Part shown: one piece after another, positions 10,427 through 19,639 of the stretch
Layout of the letters: each line of letters begins with the position of its first letter
Numbering within the stretch: the first letter of the stretch is position 1
DNA from: an uncultured delta proteobacterium
Lineage (GTDB): Bacteria > Myxococcota_A > Polyangia > Fen-1088
Reading direction: 5' to 3'
DNA length: 64,000 nt
Assembly (NCBI GenBank): GCA_963755125.1
Contig: CAVWIP010000012.1
Location: 309,264-373,263, forward strand
Made by a program: the position numbers and the translations under genes
Notes under the pieces: model-generated
What the model saw: the letters and a program-made list of their open reading frames with translations, nothing else
Databases searched by the model: none
What the model was told of the DNA's origin: nothing

Positions 10427-10464
10427 CGACGCCACATCAGGCGGTGAGCGTAGCTCGTCGGCGG

Positions 10465-11025
10465 TCAGTTCGAACAGAAGCCAACCGTGTTTGACGTCCC
10501 CAGCTTCTGGCAGAGGGGCGTGGTGCTGCCCTCGCATCCCGTGATGGGCTGATTCATCTGGCATATGCTTGCACAAATGAGACTCGGAGTGCAGGTCAGC
10601 CCGGGCGCGCACAGTGCCGGCCCAGTACACTGCGCTAGCGCGGGAAGAACGCCGGCTGGTTGACAGCTCCCTGTACCGTCCGGGTTCGGGTAGCACCCGT
10701 TGTTGGCTCCGCAGCTCGTCGTGACGAGGACGTTGCAAGCTGATCCTATGTTGCCCACATCAGGCGGCGCTACCTCAGATGACGCATCTGACACTCCCCC
10801 GCCGTCAGGGGTGTTCGCCCCCACGCCCCCGATGCCCGTCCCTTCCGTGCCATCGCCCGTGAGGGTGACCACACCGGAGCCGGGGACGGTGCGCGTGGGC
10901 GGAGTTGTCGCCGCGGGCTCCGGCGGATTCGGGAAGGTCGTGTCGTCATGCACAATGCACGCAAGCAACACTACGCAGGCTCCTGCGAACGCGATTGCCA
11001 ATGGTCTCATTAACCTGATGTGCAT
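10465..11025 (-). CDS. Cys-rich lipoprotein
   Basis: GAGGAGG RBS before ATG 11025, lipobox LLAC, Pro/Gly linker and a C-terminal domain with about 10 Cys. Confidence 0.7.
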   Translation of the reverse strand: MHIRLMRPLAIAFAGACVVLLACIVHDDTTFPNPPEPAATTPPTRTVPGSGVVTLTGDGTEGTGIGGVGANTPDGGGVSDASSEVAPPDVGNIGSACNVLVTTSCGANNGCYPNPDGTGSCQPAGVLPALAQCTGPALCAPGLTCTPSLICASICQMNQPITGCEGSTTPLCQKLGTSNTVGFCSN

Positions 11026-11307
11026 CTTGCCTCCTCGCACACAGCCGACGCGGCAGCACAGGAAGGAACCTTTGACAGGCCCGCTACCACTATCGCCACC
11101 TTCCACGTGAGTCGCATACGATTTCTCCTAATTATACCGGGTTCGTCAAATTGCGGCACCATCCTACATTCTCCCACTTCCCGCTTTTGCCCGATGTCTT
11201 TGCGGGCGGAGACGAAGAAACCTTTTTGCTTCGCGGCCAAAGACGTTCAAAATCGTGCCTGGTTGTTTGCGAAATTGTCTATCCAACTCCCCGGAGTGCC
11301 TGCATTC

Positions 11308-12243
11308 ATGCCTAGACTGATCGTCTTTTCATCTATCGCGTGCTTGTCACTCGTCGCCGCCTGCGTAAACACCAGCCAGCCCGCCAAGGTGGCCGCCTGC
11401 GCGCCAAATTGCTCTGACAACCCAGGTGGCTCAGGTGGAGGCGGCACGTCGGAAACTGGGGGCGTGGGTGGCAAAGGCGGAACCACAAACAGCGGTGGAA
11501 ACACGAACACCACCGGCGGAACCACAGGCGGCGGAGGAACCACGAACACCACCGGCGGAACGACAAGCGGCGCCGGAACCACAAGCAGCGGTGGATCTAC
11601 GAGCAGCGGCGGATCCACGAACACCACCGGCGGAACGACAAGCGGCGCCGGAACCACAAGCAGCGGCGGATCCACAAGCAGCGGCGGATCCACGGACACG
11701 GGCGGCGCAACCGCTGGCACCGGCGGCAGCTCGTCGGGATCGGATGACGCTGGCACGGACGCCCCGGTCTCGGGCCCAGAGACGGGATCCCCCGCCGACA
11801 CCAAGCCGTTCCAACCGGATGCGTTCGTGCAAACCGACACCCCGCCCGGCACGCCCGACGCAAGCGGGCCGGAACCCGGACCTGAACCGGGACCGGATGC
11901 CGCGCGTGACATCGCACGAGATCTCGCGGTCGATCTGACGCCTGACACTTCACCGCCACGCCCCGAGGCTGGCCTCGACGCAGGCACTTGCATCCAGAGG
12001 TTCCAGTCCAACGGCTACTCCCTCGGGACGGATGCGAGCCCCGCAGCCTGCAGTGGCTGTTTCGATAACTTGACCTCCATGGAGTCGCAGTGCAAAGCCA
12101 TGATCGATTGCATTCAGCCTTCCTGGCCTTCCTGCACACGAGCCTCGTCTTGCTGGACCAGCTGCCAAAACACGAGTGGTAGTGACTCGGTGGTCGAGAC
12201 CTGCGTCGCGAATCTCGTCAGTGCGGCGTGCGGCACGCACTGA
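11308..12243 (+). CDS. Lipoprotein with Gly/Thr/Ser-rich repeat linker and C-terminal Cys-rich domain
   Basis: Lipobox VAAC, GGTT/SSGG repeats and a Cys-rich C-terminus. Confidence 0.75.
   Translation: MPRLIVFSSIACLSLVAACVNTSQPAKVAACAPNCSDNPGGSGGGGTSETGGVGGKGGTTNSGGNTNTTGGTTGGGGTTNTTGGTTSGAGTTSSGGSTSSGGSTNTTGGTTSGAGTTSSGGSTSSGGSTDTGGATAGTGGSSSGSDDAGTDAPVSGPETGSPADTKPFQPDAFVQTDTPPGTPDASGPEPGPEPGPDAARDIARDLAVDLTPDTSPPRPEAGLDAGTCIQRFQSNGYSLGTDASPAACSGCFDNLTSMESQCKAMIDCIQPSWPSCTRASSCWTSCQNTSGSDSVVETCVANLVSAACGTH
11541..11697 (+). repeat. 75-bp coding tandem repeat, about 2 copies (TNTTGGTTSGAGTTSSGGSTSSGGS)
   Basis: CACGAACACCACCGGCGGAACGACAAGCGGCGCCGGAACCACAAGCAGCGG occurs at 11541 and 11616. 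Confidence 0.85.
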
Positions 12244-12422
12244 CCCGTCGTCTTTTCGTGACTGGCCCGTCCCCTGCAGCGCCGCGAAACCGTTGGCGCA
12301 AGATCCTCCACCCGTGGCACAATAGCGCCTTGTTCCGTCAAAGAATCTCTTTGCCAGCCGCCGGATGGCGCATGACCTTCGCCAAAGTGAAACCGACGCT
12401 TCAAGAGGAATGGACCTCTTCC

Positions 12423-13940
12423 GTGCGAACACTGCTCATCGCCACGTCGTTGTGTTCGCTGAGCCTGTTCGCTTCCTGTGTGAGCCTGGACAAGCCGGCG
12501 CCCGTCGCCGCCTGCGAGAAAGCCGGTTTTTGCCCGGCCCAGGTTGACAGTCCCGTGGGCGTCGCGGGCGATGTTCCGGTTGCGCAGAACGAAGACGGCG
12601 GTGCGCTGGACGAATACCCGGAAGAAACCTCGACCGGCGTGCGCCTCGATGGCGCGCTGGATGGAGTCGACGCCGCCGGTGATGGCCTGCCCGATGCGCC
12701 GCAGGTTGGCCTGGATGCCATCGGCACCGGCACGAACACGTCCACCGGCACCGGCACCGACACAGGGGGAGGCACGTCGACGCTCACCACGACCGGAACG
12801 GGTACCGATACGTCGACCACGACCCCCGACGCAGCCGTCGATGTTCCACCAGACACGCTGCCGGACGCGGGACAAGGCGAGGTCCCCATCCTCAGCGGAA
12901 CCTGCGCCATCGACGGCAATCCGGCGCCTGCGCAAACTGTCTGCCGGGTGGCCGCCGGACCCTGTGATGTCGCCGAGGTCTGCGACGGCGTGAGCACGGC
13001 TTGTCCCCTCGACAAGTTCCAGGCCGCCACCGTGGTCTGCCGTCCCGCGGCCGGCGCCTGCGACGTGCCAGAGAACTGCACCGGGTCGTCCGCGGCGTGC
13101 CCCACCGACAAGTTCCTGGCCAAAGGCGCCGTGTGCCGCGCAGCGGTTTCGCTGTGCGATGTGGCCGACTTCTGCGACGGCGTCAGCGCCGCTTGTCCTG
13201 CCGATGCCTTTTCGCCGGCAGGCACGCCGTGCCGCGCCTCCACTGATGGCGACATCTGTGACCCGCCGGAATCCTGTGCCGGCACCAGCAACGCGTGCCC
13301 GGCCGACGCCAAGTACACCCGACCAGCGGCACCACCCACGGGGGTTGCCGTCGAGCCCGGAACCCTGCAGGCCGACGTGTCCTGGAGCATGATCACCGGC
13401 GACGCAGGCATCGGGGTTACGGGCTACAACGTCAAGAGCAGTACCATCTCGGGAGCTGGCTACGCCATCCGGGGATCGCCCGCCGCTTCTCCCTTCACCG
13501 TGACCCCTATCACGGCCAACCAGACCTACTATTTCGTGGTGTCGGCCTACTCGGGCCAGCCTTCGTGTGAATCTCCCAATTCCTCCGAGGTCAGTGCCAT
13601 GTCCTGTGTGGCCACCGCTCCCGCTGCGCTCACGGCCACCCCGGACAGCGAGGGCCACGTGGCCTTGGCGTGGACTTCGGCGGTCGGCGCGGTTTCCTAC
13701 AACGTCTCGCGCAGCACGACCTCGGGCAGCGGATACACGGTTGTGGCCAGCGGACTTTCGACGACGACTTTCACGGACAGTCCAGTCGTTCCCGCGAGCG
13801 GAAGCACAACCTACTACTACGTGGTGCGGGCCAACACCGGAAACTGCAATTCTCCCTATTCGCCGCAAGCGACGGCCGTGGTCGCATCCGCGCACGTAGA
13901 CGCGGGCGCGGACGGCGCCGCGGACACCTTCGAAGACTGA
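12423..13940 (+). CDS. Lipoprotein with four disintegrin-like Cys repeats and two fibronectin type III domains
   Basis: Lipobox FASC, four CRxxxxxCDxx[ED]xCxGxSxxCPxD units and FN3 motifs (VSWS..GYNVK..YYFVVSAY; LAWT..SYNVSRS..YYYVVRA). Start is GTG 12423 or ATG 12372. Confidence 0.8.
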   Translation: MRTLLIATSLCSLSLFASCVSLDKPAPVAACEKAGFCPAQVDSPVGVAGDVPVAQNEDGGALDEYPEETSTGVRLDGALDGVDAAGDGLPDAPQVGLDAIGTGTNTSTGTGTDTGGGTSTLTTTGTGTDTSTTTPDAAVDVPPDTLPDAGQGEVPILSGTCAIDGNPAPAQTVCRVAAGPCDVAEVCDGVSTACPLDKFQAATVVCRPAAGACDVPENCTGSSAACPTDKFLAKGAVCRAAVSLCDVADFCDGVSAACPADAFSPAGTPCRASTDGDICDPPESCAGTSNACPADAKYTRPAAPPTGVAVEPGTLQADVSWSMITGDAGIGVTGYNVKSSTISGAGYAIRGSPAASPFTVTPITANQTYYFVVSAYSGQPSCESPNSSEVSAMSCVATAPAALTATPDSEGHVALAWTSAVGAVSYNVSRSTTSGSGYTVVASGLSTTTFTDSPVVPASGSTTYYYVVRANTGNCNSPYSPQATAVVASAHVDAGADGAADTFED

Positions 13941-14648
13941 TCACCCGAAGATATCGAGACACTGGCCGGTCATGGTCGTCGGTGCGTCTGCGGCCAGGAA
14001 CAACGCCGCCTGCGCCACCTCGGCCGGCGTCATCTCGGGTTTGGCGCCGGGCCGACCGACGGCCAGCATCGCGGTGTCCACTGATCCGGGGCAGATAGCG
14101 TTCACCGCGATGCCGTCGGACCGCAACTCCTCGGCCAAGGCCCGAGTCAGTCCGACCACGCCGTGCTTGGCCGCGCAGTACGCGCCCAGAAGAGGCGTGC
14201 CCCGACGGCCGGCTATCGATGCAAGGTTGATGATCCGGCCGCGACCTCGACCGCGCAGCGAGGGCAAGAACGCCTGGGTGACCAGGAACACGCTTTTCAA
14301 GTTCGCGGCCAGCACGTCGTCCCAGGTTTCTTCTGGCAGCGTCTCGATGCTTGCCCGCGCGACGCTGCCGGCGTTGTTCACCAGGATGTCGGGCGCGCCC
14401 AGGCGGGCGAGCACGAAGTCGCGGAAGCGAATGACCTCTTCGCGGCGTCGCACGTCGCAGGCAGCGACCAGATGCCGCGCGCGTTCCGCGCGATCGAGTT
14501 CGTCAAGAAAGGTTTCCCCGCTCACCTGGCGTGCACATCCCGCCACGGCTGCGCCCTCGCTCGCCAGCAGCGCCGCGATGGCTCGGCCGATGCCACGCGA
14601 GACGCCGGTGACCACCGCCACTCTGCCCGCCAGCTTGCCTGCGCTCAT
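13941..14648 (-). CDS. SDR family NAD(P)-dependent oxidoreductase
   Basis: Motifs TGVSRGIG, LVNNAG, YCAAK and ICPG. Confidence 0.92.
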   Translation of the reverse strand: MSAGKLAGRVAVVTGVSRGIGRAIAALLASEGAAVAGCARQVSGETFLDELDRAERARHLVAACDVRRREEVIRFRDFVLARLGAPDILVNNAGSVARASIETLPEETWDDVLAANLKSVFLVTQAFLPSLRGRGRGRIINLASIAGRRGTPLLGAYCAAKHGVVGLTRALAEELRSDGIAVNAICPGSVDTAMLAVGRPGAKPEMTPAEVAQAALFLAADAPTTMTGQCLDIFG

Positions 14649-15229
14649 CGCACGCGCCCACCCAAGTTCGCGGCCGCCAGCAGCCGCGCCTTGAGGTCGG
14701 GCCGCTCGCGCATCTCGCCCACAAAGGCGCTGGTGACCACGCCCGACTGGTCGTGGCGTTCACCGGGCAGAGCCAGGCAAAGCTGCTCGGCCTCGATCGC
14801 GCAGCCAGCGCCGCGCGCACCCAGGCCGTGCCACAGTGCCTCGGCGATTTGGTGGGTGGCCCGTTCCTGCAGGGTGAGACGCTTGGTGAAACACTCGACC
14901 AGATCGGCCAGGCGGCCGAAGCCGACCAGCTTTCCCGCCGGCAGGTACGCCACGTGCGCGACTCCGCGGTAGGGCAGAAGGTGGTGGGGGCACATGGCAT
15001 GAAAGCGCAGTCCGCCCACCACGACCACGTCGGGGTCAGCCTCGCCCAGCACCGGCTCGCCGAGAATCTGCGCCGGATCCATGTCGTAGCCGGCGAGAAA
15101 CTCGCGCTGCCACACCTCCGCCACGCGTTCCGGTGTGCGCGCCAGGTCGGGATCCTTGTCCACATCGCGGCCCGCGGCCCGAAGCAGCGCCTGCACCGCC
15201 GCACGCAAGGCTTTCGCATCAGAGGCCAC
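14645..15229 (-). CDS. folE: GTP cyclohydrolase I
   Basis: Motifs LARTPERVA, MCPHHLLPYRG, YLPAGKLVG and LQER. Confidence 0.88.
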   Translation of the reverse strand: MASDAKALRAAVQALLRAAGRDVDKDPDLARTPERVAEVWQREFLAGYDMDPAQILGEPVLGEADPDVVVVGGLRFHAMCPHHLLPYRGVAHVAYLPAGKLVGFGRLADLVECFTKRLTLQERATHQIAEALWHGLGARGAGCAIEAEQLCLALPGERHDQSGVVTSAFVGEMRERPDLKARLLAAANLGGRVR

Positions 15230-15236
15230 GCTGCTC

Positions 15237-15863
15237 CTATAGCCCGCCGTCGAGGTGGACCAGCGGATAGCCAGCCGCGGTCCACGCGGTCATGCCGCCG
15301 GTGAGCTCCCAAATGTTGCGATAGCCATAGGGAGGAGCAACCAGCGTGTCTCCCGCCTGCTTGCTCATGCCGCCCATGAGACAGGTGAGTACGACCTTGG
15401 TATCGAGGTTGGGGCCGATGAATTGAACCAGGGCAGGGATGTTGTCGTAGGCGATGCGCGCGTCGGTGCCGGGAATGCTTCCGGCGTTGGGGTAGTGGAC
15501 GTCGATGAGCAAGAAGTCCTTGTTGGCGAGGGCGTCGTGGAGTTGCTGGGGCGACATCTCGCCCAGGGTGGCCAGAAGGCTGTCGATGGGTATCCCGCCA
15601 TCAAACGGCGCGGCCGCCGTGTCAACGCTGCCGTCGGAAGGCGAAATCGCTGCCTCGGATCCCGCCTCCACCGTAGCGATTGGCGCGTCGATTGAAGTTC
15701 CAGCTTCGCTGGGGTTGCCGGCATCGGCGGGCGAGGCCGCCTCGGCGCTCGCGACCCCGCTATCGACAAACGAGGCCGCGCCGTCGGACCCGCTGCGGCT
15801 ACCCGACCCGCAACCGGAAAGGTCCACGCTGATGATCAATAGCAGCACAAATTTGATGTTCAT
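15237..15863 (-). CDS. Rhodanese-domain lipoprotein
   Basis: Lipobox LSGC, Ala/Ser/Asp linker, LLIDV, active-site loop CLMGGMS and LTGGMTAW. Confidence 0.8.
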   Translation of the reverse strand: MNIKFVLLLIISVDLSGCGSGSRSGSDGAASFVDSGVASAEAASPADAGNPSEAGTSIDAPIATVEAGSEAAISPSDGSVDTAAAPFDGGIPIDSLLATLGEMSPQQLHDALANKDFLLIDVHYPNAGSIPGTDARIAYDNIPALVQFIGPNLDTKVVLTCLMGGMSKQAGDTLVAPPYGYRNIWELTGGMTAWTAAGYPLVHLDGGL

Positions 15864-15916
15864 GCGCAGGAGTCCCTCTCTGCCGCGAAGACTAGCACCG
15901 AACCGCGCCCACGCGC

Positions 15917-18022
15917 TCACTCGCACACGTCGTAGGTTTCGAACTGCATGGTGTAGTTGGCGCGGCCCTGGGTGGCCGAGCGCAGATCGGTCGAGTAGCC
16001 GAACATGCGGCGCAGCGGCACCTTGGCGATGATCAGGCGCTGTGAGCCGCGCACGCCCACGTCCTCGATGCGAGCCCGGCGCGCGTTGAGATCGCCCACC
16101 ACGCCACCCACGCTGGCCTCGGGTGCGGTGACCTCCACCTTCATGATGGGCTCGAGCAGACGGGTGCCCGCCTCGCGCGAGGCCAGGCGCAAGGCTTCGC
16201 CCACCGCGGCCCGCTGGCCAGCGGGACTGGAGGCGTCGGGCCGGTACTCGATGCCGATGACCGACACCTCGATGTCCTCGAAGGGATAGCCTTCCGGCCC
16301 GGAACGCATGGCCTCGGTGGCGCCCTCCAGTGCGGCGTCGAGGATGGCACGCGGTGTGTCTGGAATGCGAGGCGCGCCCGGTAGCGACTCGATCTTCGCC
16401 AAAGCCAAACTGACGTGGTTACCGGTGCCACGTGGCCTCGGCGCCACCCGCACCCGGGCCTGCCCGAAGACTTTCTCGTCCTCGACCTCGCGCTCGAAGC
16501 GCGCTTCGGCCTCGGCCGCCTTGGCCAAGGTTTCGCGGTACACGACCTGGGGCCGGCCCACATGCGCGTCCACGCCGTACTCGCGGCGCAGGCGGTCCAC
16601 CATGATGTCGAGGTGGAGCTCACCCATGCCCCGGATGATGGTCTGGCCCGTCTCGGGATCCTCGCCGGTGCGGAAGGTGGGATCCTCGTCGGCCAGCTTG
16701 GCCAGGCCGAAGTCGAGCTTCTCCTTCTCCGCCTGGGTCTTGGGCTCGATGGCGCGGGCGATGACCGGCTCGCGCGCGGCGATGCGCTCGAGCAGGATGG
16801 GTGCCTTGGGCGAGCATATGGTGTCGCCCGTGCCCGCGTCCTTGAGTCCCATCGCCACCACGATGGTACCCGCGCCCGCGCGCTCGATGCGCTCGCGTCG
16901 GTTGGCATGTGCGGAAAAAAGGCGGCTGACCTTCTCGTTGCGTCGGGTGCGCGCGTTCTGCACTTCGTCGCCCGGTTTCAGCACGCCCGAGTAGATGCGC
17001 AGGTACACGGTCTTGCGTCCCTCGTCCATGGCCACCTTGAAGGCAAGCGCGCAAAAGGGCGCGTTGTCGTCGGAGGCGCGGGTGACGACTTCATCGTGGC
17101 CCGGCACGTGTCCGGTGATGGGCGGCACCTCGGTGGGCGCGGGCAGAAAGTCACAAACCGCATCGAGCAGGGGCTGCACGCCCTTGTTGCGCAGGGCCGA
17201 GCCAGCCAGCACGGGGACCATCTTGCAGGCAATCGTGCCCTTGCGCAGGGCCGTCACCAACGCAGCCGTCTCCACCGGCTTGCCCTCGAGATACGCGGCT
17301 GCGATGCTGTCGTCGAAGTCCGCCGCGGCTTCGACCAGTTTCTCGCGCGCGGCGGCCACGGCCTCGACCATGGACAAGGGCACGCCATCCTCGCGCGGTG
17401 GATCGTCTTCTGCGCCCGAGAAGAAGATGGCGCGCTCGCGGATCAGATCCACCACCCCGGCGAACTGGTCCTCGGCGCCGATGGGAAGCTGGACCGGCAC
17501 CGGCCGCGCGCCCAGGCGGGTGTGGATCTCGTCGACCACGGCGCGAAAGTCTGCCCCGGGACGGTCCATCTTGTTGATGAACGCGAGGCGCGGCACGTGG
17601 AACTGGTCGGCCTGGTGCCACACCGTCTCGGACTGTGGCTCCACCCCGGACACGGCACAGAAGACGACCACCGCGCCGTCGAGCACGCGCAGCGAGCGTT
17701 CCACCTCGATGGTGAAATCCACGTGGCCGGGCGTATCGATGAGGTGGATGTCGTGCGTCTCGCCCGAGCGCTTCCATTCCAGCGTGGTCGCAGCAGCGGT
17801 GATGGTGATGCCGCGTTCGCGCTCTTGCGGCATCCAGTCCATCTGCGCTTCACCGTCGTGAACCTCGCCGATCTTGTGGATGCGCCCGGCGTAGTACAGG
17901 AAGCGCTCGGTGACCGTGGTCTTGCCCGCGTCGATGTGGGCCACGATTCCGATGTTGCGCACGCGCGCCAGCCTGGACAGCTTGCGGGGTTTGGCGACTG
18001 GGCTTGGTGTTTCGTCGGACAT
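15917..18022 (-). CDS. fusA: Elongation factor G paralog (outside the str operon)
   Basis: Motifs [37 protein letters not shown] and [15 protein letters not shown]. Confidence 0.93.
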   Translation of the reverse strand: MSDETPSPVAKPRKLSRLARVRNIGIVAHIDAGKTTVTERFLYYAGRIHKIGEVHDGEAQMDWMPQERERGITITAAATTLEWKRSGETHDIHLIDTPGHVDFTIEVERSLRVLDGAVVVFCAVSGVEPQSETVWHQADQFHVPRLAFINKMDRPGADFRAVVDEIHTRLGARPVPVQLPIGAEDQFAGVVDLIRERAIFFSGAEDDPPREDGVPLSMVEAVAAAREKLVEAAADFDDSIAAAYLEGKPVETAALVTALRKGTIACKMVPVLAGSALRNKGVQPLLDAVCDFLPAPTEVPPITGHVPGHDEVVTRASDDNAPFCALAFKVAMDEGRKTVYLRIYSGVLKPGDEVQNARTRRNEKVSRLFSAHANRRERIERAGAGTIVVAMGLKDAGTGDTICSPKAPILLERIAAREPVIARAIEPKTQAEKEKLDFGLAKLADEDPTFRTGEDPETGQTIIRGMGELHLDIMVDRLRREYGVDAHVGRPQVVYRETLAKAAEAEARFEREVEDEKVFGQARVRVAPRPRGTGNHVSLALAKIESLPGAPRIPDTPRAILDAALEGATEAMRSGPEGYPFEDIEVSVIGIEYRPDASSPAGQRAAVGEALRLASREAGTRLLEPIMKVEVTAPEASVGGVVGDLNARRARIEDVGVRGSQRLIIAKVPLRRMFGYSTDLRSATQGRANYTMQFETYDVCE

Positions 18023-18082
18023 GGACGCGCGGATTATAGGAAGTCGACCGTCGTCAGTCGACAATCAACCGTTTTGGTTCAA

Positions 18083-18769
18083 CTAGAAGAGGGATCTCTG
18101 ACCGCTCGCTGCGGGTGGCGCCAGGCAGTCCGGATCGTCGTTTCTGACCGAGTTCACGCGCAGGGAAACCGGCATCGCGACCAGCAGCTCTTCGGGCGCC
18201 CGGTGCAGGAGCTTCTGCGACGGCTCGGCCAGCCAGGCCACGGCCTCCTCGGGCGAGAACAGGGCGGGCATGCGGTCGTGCACCGGCGCCATCAGGCGAT
18301 TGGGACCGGTGGTAAGGATCCCGAAACGCGCGTGACCGGGGCACTCGTCGTCGAAAAGCCCGGCCAGGAGCAGCAGCCGGCCATCCGGCCGATGAAACCA
18401 CAGCGGCCGGCGCCCGGTGGGGCCGGACTGCCACTCGAAGAAGCCGTCAGCAGGAATCACGCAGCGCCGGCTGACGAAGGCTTCCTGGAAAGCGCGTTTG
18501 AACGGCGCGGTTTCGGCGCAAACGTTGATGGTAGGCGGCTTGCCACGACCGCAGGCCACGAGGCCCCACTCGGCAAAACCCAATGCGGGACGCCCGCTGT
18601 TCTGCCGGACGATGGGATGGCGCTGGCTCGGAGCCACGTTGTAGCGCGGGCGATATTGGGCCGCTGCCCCTTCGTCGACGGCAAGCGGGCCAGCGCCGGC
18701 GAGGAGCGCCGCCAGTTCGGTCAGCACGTCGTCCCACTCGCGACGCGTCAGGGTCATGCGGCCACACAT
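18083..18769 (-). CDS. SOS response-associated peptidase (SRAP/YedK/HMCES family)
   Basis: Starts MCGR (catalytic Cys2). Also RYNVAPSQ, RRCVIPADGFFEW and HDRMP. Confidence 0.93.
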   Translation of the reverse strand: MCGRMTLTRREWDDVLTELAALLAGAGPLAVDEGAAAQYRPRYNVAPSQRHPIVRQNSGRPALGFAEWGLVACGRGKPPTINVCAETAPFKRAFQEAFVSRRCVIPADGFFEWQSGPTGRRPLWFHRPDGRLLLLAGLFDDECPGHARFGILTTGPNRLMAPVHDRMPALFSPEEAVAWLAEPSQKLLHRAPEELLVAMPVSLRVNSVRNDDPDCLAPPAASGQRSLF

Positions 18770-18781
18770 GGGTCGGCAGGC

Positions 18782-18789
18782 AGTATAGT
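18782..18789. promoter_or_regulatory. Overlapping bidirectional -10 elements
   Basis: TATAGT (+, 18784-18789) lies 8 nt before ATG 18798. TATACT (-, 18787-18782) lies 12 nt before ATG 18769. Confidence 0.6.
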
Positions 18790-18797
18790 CGTGGGCC

Positions 18798-19199
18798 ATG
18801 ACCCGCACGGAATTTCAAACCGAGTTGCAGCGCCTGCGCCGCGAGGCCGGCGTGCGTGAGGAGAACGCGGGCAGCTTCCGCAGCCAGGATTGCCAGGGCT
18901 GCCTGCGCTGCATGTTCTGCACTGGCTGCACCAACTGCTACCGCTGTACCCACTGCACCGGTTGCGAGGCCACCACGGGCAGCTCGCACTGTCTGCGCTG
19001 CACCGGCTGCCACGATTGTTCGCACTGCCAGGACTCGCAGGGTTGCACCGGTTCGGCCTATCTCGTCCAGTGCGCTTCGTGCAGCGACTGCACCTACTGC
19101 ACGGGCTGTGTGGGCCTTGCCAAGAAGGAATTCCACATCCTCAACCAACCCTACAGCCGCACGGAGTACTTCGCGATCATCAAGACCCTCGCGCGCTGA
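18798..19199 (+). CDS. Small Cys-rich (CxxC repeat) protein
   Basis: Cys every third residue over about 75 aa, followed by the tail CVGLAKKEFHILNQPYSRTEY. Confidence 0.8.
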   Translation: MTRTEFQTELQRLRREAGVREENAGSFRSQDCQGCLRCMFCTGCTNCYRCTHCTGCEATTGSSHCLRCTGCHDCSHCQDSQGCTGSAYLVQCASCSDCTYCTGCVGLAKKEFHILNQPYSRTEYFAIIKTLAR

Positions 19200-19229
19200 A
19201 CCCTGTGGTCGGGACGTCGCTTTGATGGC

Positions 19230-19562
19230 GCTGGGATTCGGAGCGGCGGGCCGTGGCGGGGAGGGAGACCGGGACAGGACGTCCACCGCATGGTGCTGCC
19301 ACTCCATCCCATGCCAATGTTTGAGTTCTCGCCACCTCGGCAAGGCTGAACGTCCTCTCGAATTGTCCCAGCTTCGCGCGGCTCGTTGATCGGATTGGCG
19401 CTGTGCTATCCCCAGTCCCGCGATAGCCGCAAAAACCGGGGCGCCGAGAGAAGCAAGCCCCCACCGCATCATCGCCAGGGCGTCTCACCCACCCGAAACG
19501 CCAGGCGCTATCCTGACAGGGTCGTCTCTGCCCCGACCTGGTCCCCTGCTCCGAATCCCAGC
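19230..19562. other. Structured intergenic element bounded by a 15-bp perfect inverted repeat (candidate ncRNA or MITE)
   Basis: GCTGGGATTCGGAGC (19230-19244) is the exact reverse complement of 19548-19562. Several nested internal stems are present. Confidence 0.5.
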
Positions 19563-19639
19563 AATAGCTGGCACCCGCGCGCGGATTTCGCCGCTGTGAT
19601 AGAATTTTCCGAGGCCATGCACGGGAGCCCCGCCTGAAC

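Noticed and set aside
19230..19562. Retron msr/msd, RNase P RNA, tmRNA, SRP RNA or group II intron
   Set aside because: There is no reverse transcriptase in the window, and none of the diagnostic sequence landmarks of these RNAs was found by eye.
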